DNA from: Synechococcus elongatus PCC 6301
GTDB taxonomy: Bacteria > Cyanobacteriota > Cyanobacteriia > Synechococcales > Synechococcaceae
Assembly: GCF_000010065.1 (NCBI RefSeq)
Contig: NC_006576.1
Coordinates: 300,001-332,000, forward strand
Direction of reading: 5' to 3'
Length of the DNA: 32,000 nucleotides
The notes beneath the pieces were generated by a model. It had not been told where the DNA came from. It saw nothing but the letters and a program-made list of their open reading frames with translations, and made no database searches. Positions 16,967 through 25,378 of the stretch are shown here, piece after piece. The position numbers were made by a program, and so were the translations under genes. Positions within the stretch are counted from its first letter, which is position 1; each line of letters starts with the position of its first letter.

Positions 16967-17659
16967 ATGCGCTTTCATTTGCGTAGCCGCTCTGGCGAAG
17001 AAATTGTTCTCTATCTGCGGCCTGGTAATCCCTCGGCACCGATTGAGATGGCGGGACCTGCCAATCTCTGTGGCACGGTTTCAACCCTGCTCAAGATGTC
17101 TCTGACTGGTTTGTCGGCCACGTCCGACGACTTACTGAGCCTCTGTGAGTACGATCCAGTCTTTCGCCATTGGTTCCGACTCGACGCTGTTGTCAAAGAT
17201 GGAGATCCAGAGCCAGCCCATCGCGAAGATGCCAAGTTCGCAGCCATGGAGCCGATCTATCCATCCCAAGTGGCGGCCATGCGGCTGGGTGAGCGGCTGA
17301 CTGCAGCGAGTCTGGTGACAAAGGAGCAGCTAGACGAAGCCCTGAAAGGCATTCAAGAGCAGATGCCACACCTACAAATTGGGGAAATTCTCTGCGGGCG
17401 GGGCTACCTCAGTCATAGAACCATGGAGTTTTTCCTCGACCCGATCACCAAGATGAACACGGCTTTTTTGACCCTGCGGCTGGGCGAGCGACTACAAGCA
17501 GCGGGTGTCGTCATCGATCGCGATGTCCATCGCGCCTTGCAATGTCAGCAATGGCTGCCGCTGTCTCTGGGGCGGCTACTGGTGCTGAACGGCGCGGTTT
17601 CGCAGGCCACAGCAGACTTTTTTGGTCGGTTGAGCATTGAGCCGTCCAGCCTGAGCTAA
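16967..17659 (+). CDS. Hypothetical protein with two tandem MshEN/T2SSE_N-like modules (candidate c-di-GMP-binding)
   Basis: GAGGAGG lies 11 nt upstream of the ATG. Residues 106-157 read RLGERLTAASLVTKEQLDEALKGIQ..QIGEILCGRGYLSHRTMEFFL. Residues 171-220 read RLGERLQAAGVVIDRDVHRALQCQ-QWLPL-SLGRLLVLNGAVSQATADFFG. The N-terminal 100 aa has no motif I recognise. Confidence 0.7.
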   Translation: MRFHLRSRSGEEIVLYLRPGNPSAPIEMAGPANLCGTVSTLLKMSLTGLSATSDDLLSLCEYDPVFRHWFRLDAVVKDGDPEPAHREDAKFAAMEPIYPSQVAAMRLGERLTAASLVTKEQLDEALKGIQEQMPHLQIGEILCGRGYLSHRTMEFFLDPITKMNTAFLTLRLGERLQAAGVVIDRDVHRALQCQQWLPLSLGRLLVLNGAVSQATADFFGRLSIEPSSLS

Positions 17660-17664
17660 CCCCC

Positions 17665-18759
17665 ATGAAGAGGCTACAGCTCACACTCACGCGAGGGCAA
17701 TGGCGTCACCTTTGCAAGAGTGCGCTGGGGGTCGTGGTGGCGATCGCGATCGGCAATCAGTTAGATCAGATTCAACCCGACATCTGGAGTTTAAGCGACA
17801 CAACCTGGAGCGCTGTCACCGTCCTCGTTGTCCTGCAGGCCAACTTGGGGGGCTTAGTCAAAGCAAGTACCAGTCGTCTTCAGGGCACCGTCATTGGAGG
17901 AAGCTGCAGCACCTTAGTCGGGTTGCTGCTGGGCTTTTCCCCTTTGAGCGCCGGGCTTTCTGTCTTTCTCTCCTTAGCCTGCTGCTTAACGGCTGGGTTG
18001 AATGATGCTTTGCGGCTAGCGGGTCTAACCAGCTTGATTGTCCAAAGCAGCTTTGCGCTAGGTGTCAGTCAGCCTTGGTTGGTTGGACTGGGACGCTTCA
18101 CCAGCGTCTTAGTGGGGGTCACGATCGCCTTTATCATCTCGCTGCTGCTCTGGCCTCAGCCAGCCTTGCGGCAGCTAGACCAAGAATTGCGATCGCTATT
18201 TGCTGATGCCGCCCAGCTCTACACTGCGTTGAATCTCAACGGCGACCAGGATGAGGCGATCGCAGCGCCGCAGCGCACAGCTGGTATTCAACGGCTCCGC
18301 CAGCATCTCCGACTCAATCGCCAGAGCCTCGATGAGATTCAGCATGAACCTTGGCTCGACCATGACCGTCGTAGCCAGCCCGATCTGCGAGCCCGCGAAG
18401 CCGACACGTTGGTTTTTGCCTTGTATGCCCTGGTGGAGCTCCGGCGCGAAGGTTCCATGCCGCCAGAACTGGAGAGCCCCGATCTCGATTGCTGCATTCA
18501 GCAAGGGCTGCAAAGCCTAGCTCAGAAGCTTTCCCTGCCTGCTGAGATTGGCCAGCAACTCGCTACAGTCCTAAAAGAGCAGGTTGAACATCTCCGCACT
18601 CTACGGCAACGCCGCGCCCTGCGATCGCTTGATGAGGCTGACTTACTGCGCGGCTTGGCATTCCTACAAGAGATCACGCTGATCGGTCGGCTGCTTCTCC
18701 GTTTGGAAGGCCGGCTGGACAATCATCGCTATTGGGATGTGACAGCTGCTAGTGAATGA
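17665..18759 (+). CDS. FUSC / aromatic-acid-exporter-like integral membrane protein
   Basis: 364 aa. The N-terminal half has about 5 hydrophobic helices with a FUSC-like LKSALGVVVAIAIGNQL...TVLVVLQ...RLQGTVIGG pattern. The C-terminal half is a soluble, helical, Leu/Arg/Gln-rich domain. It starts 5 nt after the preceding stop. Confidence 0.7.
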   Translation: MKRLQLTLTRGQWRHLCKSALGVVVAIAIGNQLDQIQPDIWSLSDTTWSAVTVLVVLQANLGGLVKASTSRLQGTVIGGSCSTLVGLLLGFSPLSAGLSVFLSLACCLTAGLNDALRLAGLTSLIVQSSFALGVSQPWLVGLGRFTSVLVGVTIAFIISLLLWPQPALRQLDQELRSLFADAAQLYTALNLNGDQDEAIAAPQRTAGIQRLRQHLRLNRQSLDEIQHEPWLDHDRRSQPDLRAREADTLVFALYALVELRREGSMPPELESPDLDCCIQQGLQSLAQKLSLPAEIGQQLATVLKEQVEHLRTLRQRRALRSLDEADLLRGLAFLQEITLIGRLLLRLEGRLDNHRYWDVTAASE

Positions 18760-19007
18760 GCGATCGCACCCTTACCCGCTTGTATAGCAGTCTGCAGGCA
18801 GGTGAGGACAATTTGATTTTGGCTTGGCTGGTGCGGATTGGACAGCCTCTGTCCTTTGGGGGAGTTGAGTCCCTCAACCCCCTCGCAAAAACGTCTTTTT
18901 TTGATAGAGATGATGTGGTGGCAGGGAAACAAGCTGCGTCAGAGTCGATCGCTTCAGACAAGGACAGTGATGTGGTTGCCCTAGACCAAGCTCTCACGCT
19001 ACGCTAG
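18756..19007 (+). CDS. Questionable 83-aa ORF (alternatively operon terminator plus rpmI promoter/leader)
   Basis: ATGA overlaps the FUSC-gene stop, which suggests coupling. However, the ORF contains a strong hairpin (18859..18882) followed by a T7 run (18896..18902), and no motif was recognised. Confidence 0.3.
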   Translation: MSDRTLTRLYSSLQAGEDNLILAWLVRIGQPLSFGGVESLNPLAKTSFFDRDDVVAGKQAASESIASDKDSDVVALDQALTLR

Positions 19008-19033
19008 TTAACTGTTCGTTTCGCAGCAGAGCA

Positions 19034-19234
19034 ATGCCGAAACTCAAAACTCGCAAAGCAGCGGCGAAGCGGTTCCGCATCAGCGGTAACGGCAAAGCCA
19101 TCCGCCGTAAGGCTTTCAAAAACCACCTGCTCCAACACAAAAATGCCACCCGCAGACGCCGGCTTAGCCAGCCTGAGGTTGTGCATGAGACCGACCAAGA
19201 GCGGGTGAAGTTGATGCTGCCTTACTCCTTCTAG
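19034..19234 (+). CDS. rpmI: 50S ribosomal protein L35
   Basis: [33 protein letters not shown]... is the canonical L35 N-terminus; 66 aa. Confidence 0.95.
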   Translation: MPKLKTRKAAAKRFRISGNGKAIRRKAFKNHLLQHKNATRRRRLSQPEVVHETDQERVKLMLPYSF

Positions 19235-19278
19235 GACGCGGCCACTTCCCCTCTTAGTAAACCGAAGGATTCCAGACC

Positions 19279-19629
19279 ATGGCTCGAGTGAAGCGCGGCA
19301 ATGTTGCCCGCAAACGTCGTAACAAAATCCTGAAGCTGGCGAAGGGCTTCCGGAGCGGTAACTCCAAACTCTTCCGCACTGCCAACCAACGTGTCATGAA
19401 GGCATTGACCAATGCCTATCGTGACCGTCGTCGTCGCAAGCGGGACTTTCGCCGTCTTTGGATTGCCCGGATCAACGCCGCAGCTCGTCTGCACGGTGTC
19501 AGCTACAGCCGCTTGATCGGTGCTCTCAAGAAGGCCGACATTCAAATCAACCGCAAGATGCTCGCTCAATTGGCTGTCTTGGACAGTGCGGGCTTCAAAG
19601 CGATCGTGGACCTAGCACTGAAGGCTTAG
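19279..19629 (+). CDS. rplT: 50S ribosomal protein L20
   Basis: [26 protein letters not shown]-type N-terminus and ...[17 protein letters not shown]; 116 aa. It follows rpmI directly. Confidence 0.95.
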   Translation: MARVKRGNVARKRRNKILKLAKGFRSGNSKLFRTANQRVMKALTNAYRDRRRRKRDFRRLWIARINAAARLHGVSYSRLIGALKKADIQINRKMLAQLAVLDSAGFKAIVDLALKA

Positions 19630-19639
19630 GTTAATCGTT

Positions 19640-20422
19640 ATGAATAAAGCCAGCCGACCGACCCTGTTGCGACGCTGGCTCCTTCTTGGGACGTCAGTAT
19701 TGGCGTCCTTTTTTTATGGTGCGAACACCAGCGGTACGATCGCAGCTGATCTAGAAACAATTAAGCGCCGCGGCTACCTGATCGTTGGTGTGCAAGCTAA
19801 CGTTGCCCCGCTGTCTTGGCAAGATGCCCAAGGTCAATGGCAGGGCTTTGAAGTCGATCTGGCGCGATCGCTGGCGGCAGAGTTATTAGGAAATTCAGCT
19901 GCAGTCCGATTTGAAGGCTTACAGAGCCGCGATCGCCTACCCGCCCTCCTAGCGGATCGCGTTGATCTACTGATCGCCCAAATGACCGTGACTGATGCGC
20001 GGCAGCGGGTGGCGCAGTTTAGTCGGCCCTACTACCGCGATCGCATTGGACTGCTCACAAGACGAGGGATCACTCAACCGCAGCGGGTAGCTGTCCTGCA
20101 GGGATCCAGTGCGATTCCCTTATTGCGCTGGCAAGCGCCCGAGTTGGCACTTGTGGGCGTCAAGAGCTACGCGGCAGCCCAAACGGCCCTCGATCGCGGT
20201 CAAGTCGATGGGATCGCGGCCGACCGCTTGGTTTTACAACAATGGCAGCGCCAGAGCGATCGCTATCAGCTGTTGCCCCAGCAATGGGGCGATTTTCCAC
20301 TGGCGATCGCCCTGCCTCAAGGACTGCAGTACCGATCCCTTCAAATTGCCATCGATCGCCTGATCCAGAACTGGGATGCAGATGACAAGCTAAGAGACAT
20401 CCGAAAGCGCTGGGGCCTTTGA
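19640..20422 (+). CDS. Periplasmic solute-binding protein, family 3 (amino-acid ABC type); no permease or ATPase adjacent
   Basis: N-terminal signal-like segment (RRWLLLGTSVLASFF). GYLIVGVQANVAPLSW...GFEVDLARSLA...DLLIAQMTVT..R is typical of SBP_bac_3. Confidence 0.85.
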   Translation: MNKASRPTLLRRWLLLGTSVLASFFYGANTSGTIAADLETIKRRGYLIVGVQANVAPLSWQDAQGQWQGFEVDLARSLAAELLGNSAAVRFEGLQSRDRLPALLADRVDLLIAQMTVTDARQRVAQFSRPYYRDRIGLLTRRGITQPQRVAVLQGSSAIPLLRWQAPELALVGVKSYAAAQTALDRGQVDGIAADRLVLQQWQRQSDRYQLLPQQWGDFPLAIALPQGLQYRSLQIAIDRLIQNWDADDKLRDIRKRWGL

Positions 20423-20452
20423 GCCGCAGCCACCTGCTGGTCTTCTTTATCC

Positions 20453-21616
20453 ATGCCCAAGACATTATTGGCGTCGCCGCTCTCACCGAGTGAGCGCGAT
20501 CGCAAGTCCAGAGAGTTAGAGCGTACGATTCGCCGTGCCTCGGGGTTAACGCAGTCCTACTTATTTTTGGTCGTCACCTCAGCCCTTGTCGCAACCTTTG
20601 GGCTACTGGCTAACAGTGTGGCCGTAATCATCGGGGCGATGTTGATTGCTCCTGTGTTGCAACCGCTACGAGGTTTGGCGCTGGCTGGCGTCAATGGCAA
20701 TCCTCGCTTGCTCAAACGGGCCGGCATTAGCCTGTTGGTCGCCGTGCTATTGGCGATTGCCCTGTCTTGGTTTTTGGGGCGGGTCGTCGCCTTGCCCGAA
20801 TACGGCAGTGAGGTACTGGGTCGCACCAATCCCAACCTGATCGACCTCGGGATTGCTGTAGTGGCTGGTGCCGTCGCGGCCTATGCCAGCGTTGAGCACA
20901 ACCTCAGCGATGCGATTGCAGGGACCGGGATTGCAGTTGCTCTGATGCCGCCCTTAGCCACAGTCGGACTGACGTTAGCGCAGGGGGATTTGCGAGCCAG
21001 TGGCGGGGCAATGCTGCTCTTTTTGACGAACGTGGTGGGCATTATTCTGGCTGAAATTCTGACCTTCAAGTTGATGGGGGTCAGCCGCCACAAAACCTCA
21101 CGAGGCCTCTATCTCAGCCTAGTCCTCACCTCACTTTTGAGCATTCCCCTCGGCCTGAGTTTTTGGGAATCCCTACAGAATGCTCGTCTGCAACGTGACC
21201 TGCGGGAAATTCTGCTAACTGAAACGATTACGGTCGGGCGGCAAGTTCAGTTGCAGGGGGTCAATATCAACTGGAACCGCAAGCCGGTTGAAGTACAGCT
21301 GCAGGTGCGGGCGCTGCGCCCTGTTACACCGAGACAGGTCAAACTCGTTGAAACATTTCTTGAGAACAAATTGGGGCAACCCGTTCGCCTGATCTTCTTT
21401 GTCTCGAGTTCTGTGGAAGTGACCTCCGATGAGCCCCCAGAATTGGATATCCCCGAACCGGCCCCAACTAAACCGCCTGCTCCTGCTATAGAAACCAGCC
21501 CTGCAGGATCAGCTACAGACCCAGCGGCGGAAGCACAGCCAGCATCGGATACGGAAGCTGACTCCCCGACAGAACCAGCCACAGTGAAGCCACCGGCAGC
21601 TTCTGAGGTACCGTAA
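20453..21616 (+). CDS. DUF389-family membrane protein with a Pro/Ala/Glu-rich C-terminal tail
   Basis: Multiple TM helices (LFLVVTSALVATFGLLANSVAVIIGAMLIAPVL...), resembling DUF389/TIGR00341. The last 60 aa or so is low complexity (PEPAPTKPPAPAIETSPAGSATDPAAEAQ...). Confidence 0.75.
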   Translation: MPKTLLASPLSPSERDRKSRELERTIRRASGLTQSYLFLVVTSALVATFGLLANSVAVIIGAMLIAPVLQPLRGLALAGVNGNPRLLKRAGISLLVAVLLAIALSWFLGRVVALPEYGSEVLGRTNPNLIDLGIAVVAGAVAAYASVEHNLSDAIAGTGIAVALMPPLATVGLTLAQGDLRASGGAMLLFLTNVVGIILAEILTFKLMGVSRHKTSRGLYLSLVLTSLLSIPLGLSFWESLQNARLQRDLREILLTETITVGRQVQLQGVNINWNRKPVEVQLQVRALRPVTPRQVKLVETFLENKLGQPVRLIFFVSSSVEVTSDEPPELDIPEPAPTKPPAPAIETSPAGSATDPAAEAQPASDTEADSPTEPATVKPPAASEVP

Positions 21617-21645
21617 GGAACGGACCTACACTGCTGCGATCGCTC

Positions 21646-22173
21646 ATGGACGGGACCCCGACTCTCTACCTGTTTGCGTTGATTGGCCTGTTGGGGACAG
21701 CGGCATGGTTTGTGTTTCGCCAAGTCCTGAAAACTCGGCGCACCGAGGTAGATTTCAGCCGCCTCCAGCAGCAGTTGAGCCAAGGTCGCGGTGCTGCTGA
21801 GGATCACTACCGGTTGGGAAGCATCTTCCTTGAGAAAAAACTTTACGGCCCGGCGATCGCGCAGTTTCAACTGGCTCTCAAGGACAAAAATTTGACTGAT
21901 CCGGTAGGTTTAGCTCTGCTCTATAACGCCCTTGGCTATGCCTATGCAGCGCAGGAGCAGTTTGACCTCGCGATTCGGCAGTACAAAGAGGCGCTGGAGC
22001 AGCAGCCAGATTACGTGACCGCGCTGAATAACCTTGGCTTTGCCTACGAGAAGAAGCAGTTGCTCAGCCAAGCGATCGCCACCTACGAATCCGTCTTGGC
22101 TCTAGAGCCGAATAATCGCACCGCTCAACGGCGATCGCAGAGTTTGCAGCAGCGTGTCTCGCCCTCGACGTAA
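21646..22173 (+). CDS. TPR-repeat protein with an N-terminal TM helix (Ycf37-like)
   Basis: TM segment LYLFALIGLLGTAAWFVF, then three TPR units (YRLGSIFLEKKLYGPAIAQFQLAL; YNALGYAYAAQEQFDLAIRQYKEALEQQPDY; LNNLGFAYEKKQLLSQAIATYESVLALEPNN). Size and layout recall Ycf37. Confidence 0.8.
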   Translation: MDGTPTLYLFALIGLLGTAAWFVFRQVLKTRRTEVDFSRLQQQLSQGRGAAEDHYRLGSIFLEKKLYGPAIAQFQLALKDKNLTDPVGLALLYNALGYAYAAQEQFDLAIRQYKEALEQQPDYVTALNNLGFAYEKKQLLSQAIATYESVLALEPNNRTAQRRSQSLQQRVSPST

Positions 22174-22456
22174 GCCCAGCGATCGCCTGTAATGTCTGGC
22201 CGAGAGCAAGTTGTGGTGCTCTGCAAGTAGGTTAGGACATTTTGTCTGAAGGGTATTGGCTGGGGAGTCAACAGCCGCTGTCCGTGGGGGTGATTGCGCA
22301 CCCCCACACCCACGCATTGGGGGACTCGACTTCCCCAAGCCCCCCGCAACAAGATTTCGGGTGAGACTGATCGGTGGGGCCGCGATCGCTGCGGGTAAAA
22401 CTAGCCGGTGATGACCTTCGGTGTGAGGTCAATGGGATCACCCTAAAGCATCCTGT

Positions 22457-23992
22457 TTAACTTGCTAGATACTGTGCTATTTCCGACTGCAGCCGTTGCC
22501 CCAGCCAAGGTGTCAATTGGGCAGCAAGTTCCGTGGGTGTGACGCCCAAGGCTGTCTGCTTCTGCGCGATCGCCTGAGCGGTTCGGCTATGCCACCAAGT
22601 CGCGGCGATCGCGGCGGAGACGGCATCTGTTTGCGCCAAGAGTCCACCCAGCAATCCGGTCAGGACATCGCCTCTGCCGCCTCGGGCTAAGGCAGGTGTA
22701 CTGTCCACTAAGGCCCAACTCGCGCCAACGGGCGTCACCACCGTTGGAGAAGGCCCTTTGCGCACCAGAATGAGCGATCGCTCAGATGCGGCTGAAGAGA
22801 GGCTTGCGGGAGTGGGGGCAGACCCAAATAGCCGTTGAAATTCGCCCGCATGGGGTGTGATCACAGTCCTAGCCTCCGCCGGTCGTAAAGCCCAATCCTC
22901 AGGATGCTGAGCCAAGACGGTCAGCGCATCAGCATCGATCAAGAACGGTGTTGATTGCTGCAAAACCCTGTGCAGGATGGTGCGAATTGTTGGCCCGGTC
23001 CCAACCCCTGGTCCGATCGCAATGGCGTTGTAACGATCGCGGTCGATGGGCAGCTCAGCTATCTCGCCAGTCTCAGTTTCTGGACAAGCGACGACGAGAG
23101 CTTCTGGAACTTGAGCGATCGCGATCGCACTCAGACTGGCAGGCACCGCTAGGGTCATCATCCCGACGCCACTCGATCGGGCCGCCAAAGCCGCTAATAG
23201 CGCCGCACCCCGATAGCGCTGGGAACCCGCGATTAACAGTAGCTGGCCGCGCCGATACTTGTGAGCATCCGCCGCGATCGGGAGCGGTAAAGCCGCGATC
23301 GCCGCTTCATCGGTCAGGATCTGGCGATCGGGGACTGGTCCCAAAACGGCAACAATATCTGCTTCAGCAATGCCGAAATCAACCCGCTCCAACTCACCAT
23401 GCCAAGGAGCTGCCACCAGCTGAAGTAATCCTTGCTTCCAAAGCCCTAAGCAATACGTTCGTTCCGCTCGAATTGCTGCGCCGAGCGGCTCGCCAGAATC
23501 AGTATCTAAGCCAGAGGGCAGGTCGATGCTGAGGATTGGTTTGCCACTGTCATTGAGCTGGGCGATCGCGGTTTGTGTTGCTTCATTCAACGGGCGATTC
23601 AGCCCAAAACCAAAGCCCCCGTCCAGCCAGCGATCGCAATGCTCGGGATAGTCGCAGGCGATCGAAATCCCGAGGTGCTGGGCAAATTGCAGATGTGCCT
23701 CGGTCAGAGGCTTGCGGCGCTCAAACGGATGCCAGATTTGCACTGGATAGCCCTGCAGGTGTAATTCCCGCGCAACTACTAACGCATCACCGCCGTTGTG
23801 CCCTGGCCCCACCCAAATGCCCCAGCGTTGGGTGCGATCGGGGTATGCCATCTGCAAGCGTTGACTGAGCAGACCCGCGACTTTCTCCATCAGTGCGGCG
23901 ACGGGCATGCCAGCAGCAAACAAACGCGATTCGATCGCCTGCATCTGCTCCGCAGTCACCACCACGCGATCGGCCAAAGACAGTGCTGCCAT
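22457..23992 (-). CDS. nnr: Bifunctional NAD(P)H-hydrate repair enzyme (epimerase plus ADP-dependent dehydratase)
   Basis: YjeF_N motif GPGHNGGDALVVAREL. The C-terminal carbohydrate-kinase domain has ...GGRGDVLTGLLGGLLAQ. The ATG at 23992 is preceded by GGAGAACTG. The track start at 24076 would overlap the divergent gene. Confidence 0.9.
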   Translation of the reverse strand: MAALSLADRVVVTAEQMQAIESRLFAAGMPVAALMEKVAGLLSQRLQMAYPDRTQRWGIWVGPGHNGGDALVVARELHLQGYPVQIWHPFERRKPLTEAHLQFAQHLGISIACDYPEHCDRWLDGGFGFGLNRPLNEATQTAIAQLNDSGKPILSIDLPSGLDTDSGEPLGAAIRAERTYCLGLWKQGLLQLVAAPWHGELERVDFGIAEADIVAVLGPVPDRQILTDEAAIAALPLPIAADAHKYRRGQLLLIAGSQRYRGAALLAALAARSSGVGMMTLAVPASLSAIAIAQVPEALVVACPETETGEIAELPIDRDRYNAIAIGPGVGTGPTIRTILHRVLQQSTPFLIDADALTVLAQHPEDWALRPAEARTVITPHAGEFQRLFGSAPTPASLSSAASERSLILVRKGPSPTVVTPVGASWALVDSTPALARGGRGDVLTGLLGGLLAQTDAVSAAIAATWWHSRTAQAIAQKQTALGVTPTELAAQLTPWLGQRLQSEIAQYLAS

Positions 23993-24042
23993 CAGTTCTC
24001 CTGCCGCTATCCTCAAAACACAATAGGGCGGGTCAGACAAAG

Positions 24043-24570
24043 ATGGCTGAGCGGTGTTTTCAGCAAGCGATCGCATTTCAAGCCAGTTGCGCGGCGGTCG
24101 AAGCTTGCTTCCAGGATTTAGAGCTGATGCATCGCTGGCTCAACCCACTCCTGCGCTGTCGCCCTGAGGGGGACTGGAATCTCGATCGCGGTAGCCGCAA
24201 CCGATTTCAGATCCAAATTCCCTTGATCTATCCCAGTCTGGAGTGTGTTGTTTGCGATCGCGCCGAAGGACTGATTGTCTGGCAGTTTGAAGGATTTTTT
24301 CAGGGAACCGACACTTGGCGCTGGTGGCAGGAGGGTGAGCACACCCAACTCGACAATTGCTTCCGCTTCCGGATTGCCAAGCCCTGGGTTGCTTGGGGCT
24401 TCGATCGCGTCGCGGCCGGAGTCACACAACGAGATATGCAAGCCCAACTTCAGCGGCTTAAAGCGATCGCAGAAACATTACCCGTCGCCTCGACAGTGAC
24501 AGATAATCTGCCCAGTCCCAGCCCCGAGGCCGCCGCTAGTCCATCCACTCCAGCAGACCGTCCTCTCTAG
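24043..24570 (+). CDS. SRPBCC (START/polyketide-cyclase-like) family protein
   Basis: About 175 aa from the ATG at 24043 (MAERCFQQAIAFQASCAAVEACFQDLELMHRWLNP...). A Trp-rich beta-grip-like pattern is followed by a Pro/Ser-rich tail. The longer track ORF from 23893 would overlap nnr. Confidence 0.65.
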   Translation: MAERCFQQAIAFQASCAAVEACFQDLELMHRWLNPLLRCRPEGDWNLDRGSRNRFQIQIPLIYPSLECVVCDRAEGLIVWQFEGFFQGTDTWRWWQEGEHTQLDNCFRFRIAKPWVAWGFDRVAAGVTQRDMQAQLQRLKAIAETLPVASTVTDNLPSPSPEAAASPSTPADRPL

Positions 24571-24628
24571 AAGGTTTTGGTTCAAGTTCCCTTGATAAAA
24601 TCACCCCACGCGATCGCCGGAGTGATTC

Positions 24629-25366
24629 ATGGGCAGCGCTTCTTCTTGCCGCCGCATCTACATTGGCACTGAAGCCAACCAATACTTAGCGGAGCAGACG
24701 TTGATCTATTCGATCCGCAAGCACCTTTCGGATCCCAGCATTGAGATCATTCCGCTGACCCAAACTCAGCAGCGCGTTGGTGGCACCCGTTTTGGCTTTG
24801 TGCGTTTCACGCTACCGCAAGCAATGGGCTATCAGGGCAAAGCCCTCTACCTCGATGCCGACCAGCTAGCCCTCACTGATTTAGCGCCAATCTTTGACCT
24901 TTTGCCAGACGACAAGGCGATCGCCTGCGTCTACGAAGCAGAAGGGCTTTACAACGGCAAACCCCATGTCCAGACCTGGCATACCAGCGTCATGCTGCTG
25001 GACTGTGAGCAACTAGCCTGGCAACCAGATGAGCTGTTTGCCACAGTGGTGCCGAACAAGCAAGAACCTAAGCCTGGTCAGATTCGCTATCGCAACTTCA
25101 TGGAGCTGCAATGGTTCGAGCAGGAGCGCATTGCCAAGCTGCCGCCTTCTTGGAATCACTTCAACATCGTGACGCCCGAGACGAACATTGTGCACTTTTC
25201 CCATGTCCGTAGTCAGCCTTGGAAAAATCCTCGCCATGAGTTGACGGATTTTTGGCTGGGTTATCTCAAGGAAGCGATCGCAGCAGGTTATTTACGGCGA
25301 CGGGATGTAGTCGCAGCAGTTGCACGGGGACATGTTCACCCTTGGACGCTCAAAGCGATCGCCTAG
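24629..25366 (+). CDS. Nucleotide-diphospho-sugar transferase (GT8-like) family protein
   Basis: IYIGTEANQYLAEQTLIYSIRKH..., a DxD-type LYLDADQLAL, and later VMLLDCEQL recall the GT-A/GT8 fold. Assignment is tentative. Confidence 0.6.
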   Translation: MGSASSCRRIYIGTEANQYLAEQTLIYSIRKHLSDPSIEIIPLTQTQQRVGGTRFGFVRFTLPQAMGYQGKALYLDADQLALTDLAPIFDLLPDDKAIACVYEAEGLYNGKPHVQTWHTSVMLLDCEQLAWQPDELFATVVPNKQEPKPGQIRYRNFMELQWFEQERIAKLPPSWNHFNIVTPETNIVHFSHVRSQPWKNPRHELTDFWLGYLKEAIAAGYLRRRDVVAAVARGHVHPWTLKAIA

Positions 25367-25378
25367 GCGACCGAGAGT

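Noticed and set aside
16860-17084. 74-aa minus-strand ORF across the start of the MshEN-like gene
   Set aside because: It overlaps the SD and start of the better-supported plus-strand gene and extends into AT-rich non-coding DNA. No features were seen.
21247-21870. 207-aa minus-strand ORF
   Set aside because: It lies antisense to the low-complexity Pro/Ala tail of the DUF389 gene and to the start of the TPR gene. Its translation is low complexity and has no motifs.
22272-22344. Possible tRNA, because GGGGA-CTCGACT-TCCCC resembles a T-arm with a TTCGAAT-like loop
   Set aside because: The sequence where the 5' acceptor strand should lie (about 22272) is not complementary to the 3' side (AAGCCCC). 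No D-arm or anticodon-arm geometry is present, since the neighbouring hairpin has a 9-bp stem and a 6-nt loop.
23893-24042. Long version (225 aa) of the SRPBCC ORF, and long version of nnr (start 24076)
   Set aside because: The two extensions overlap each other on opposite strands and are Arg/Pro/Ser-rich. The internal ATGs at 24043 and 23992 (the latter with GGAG) give non-overlapping genes with normal N-termini.
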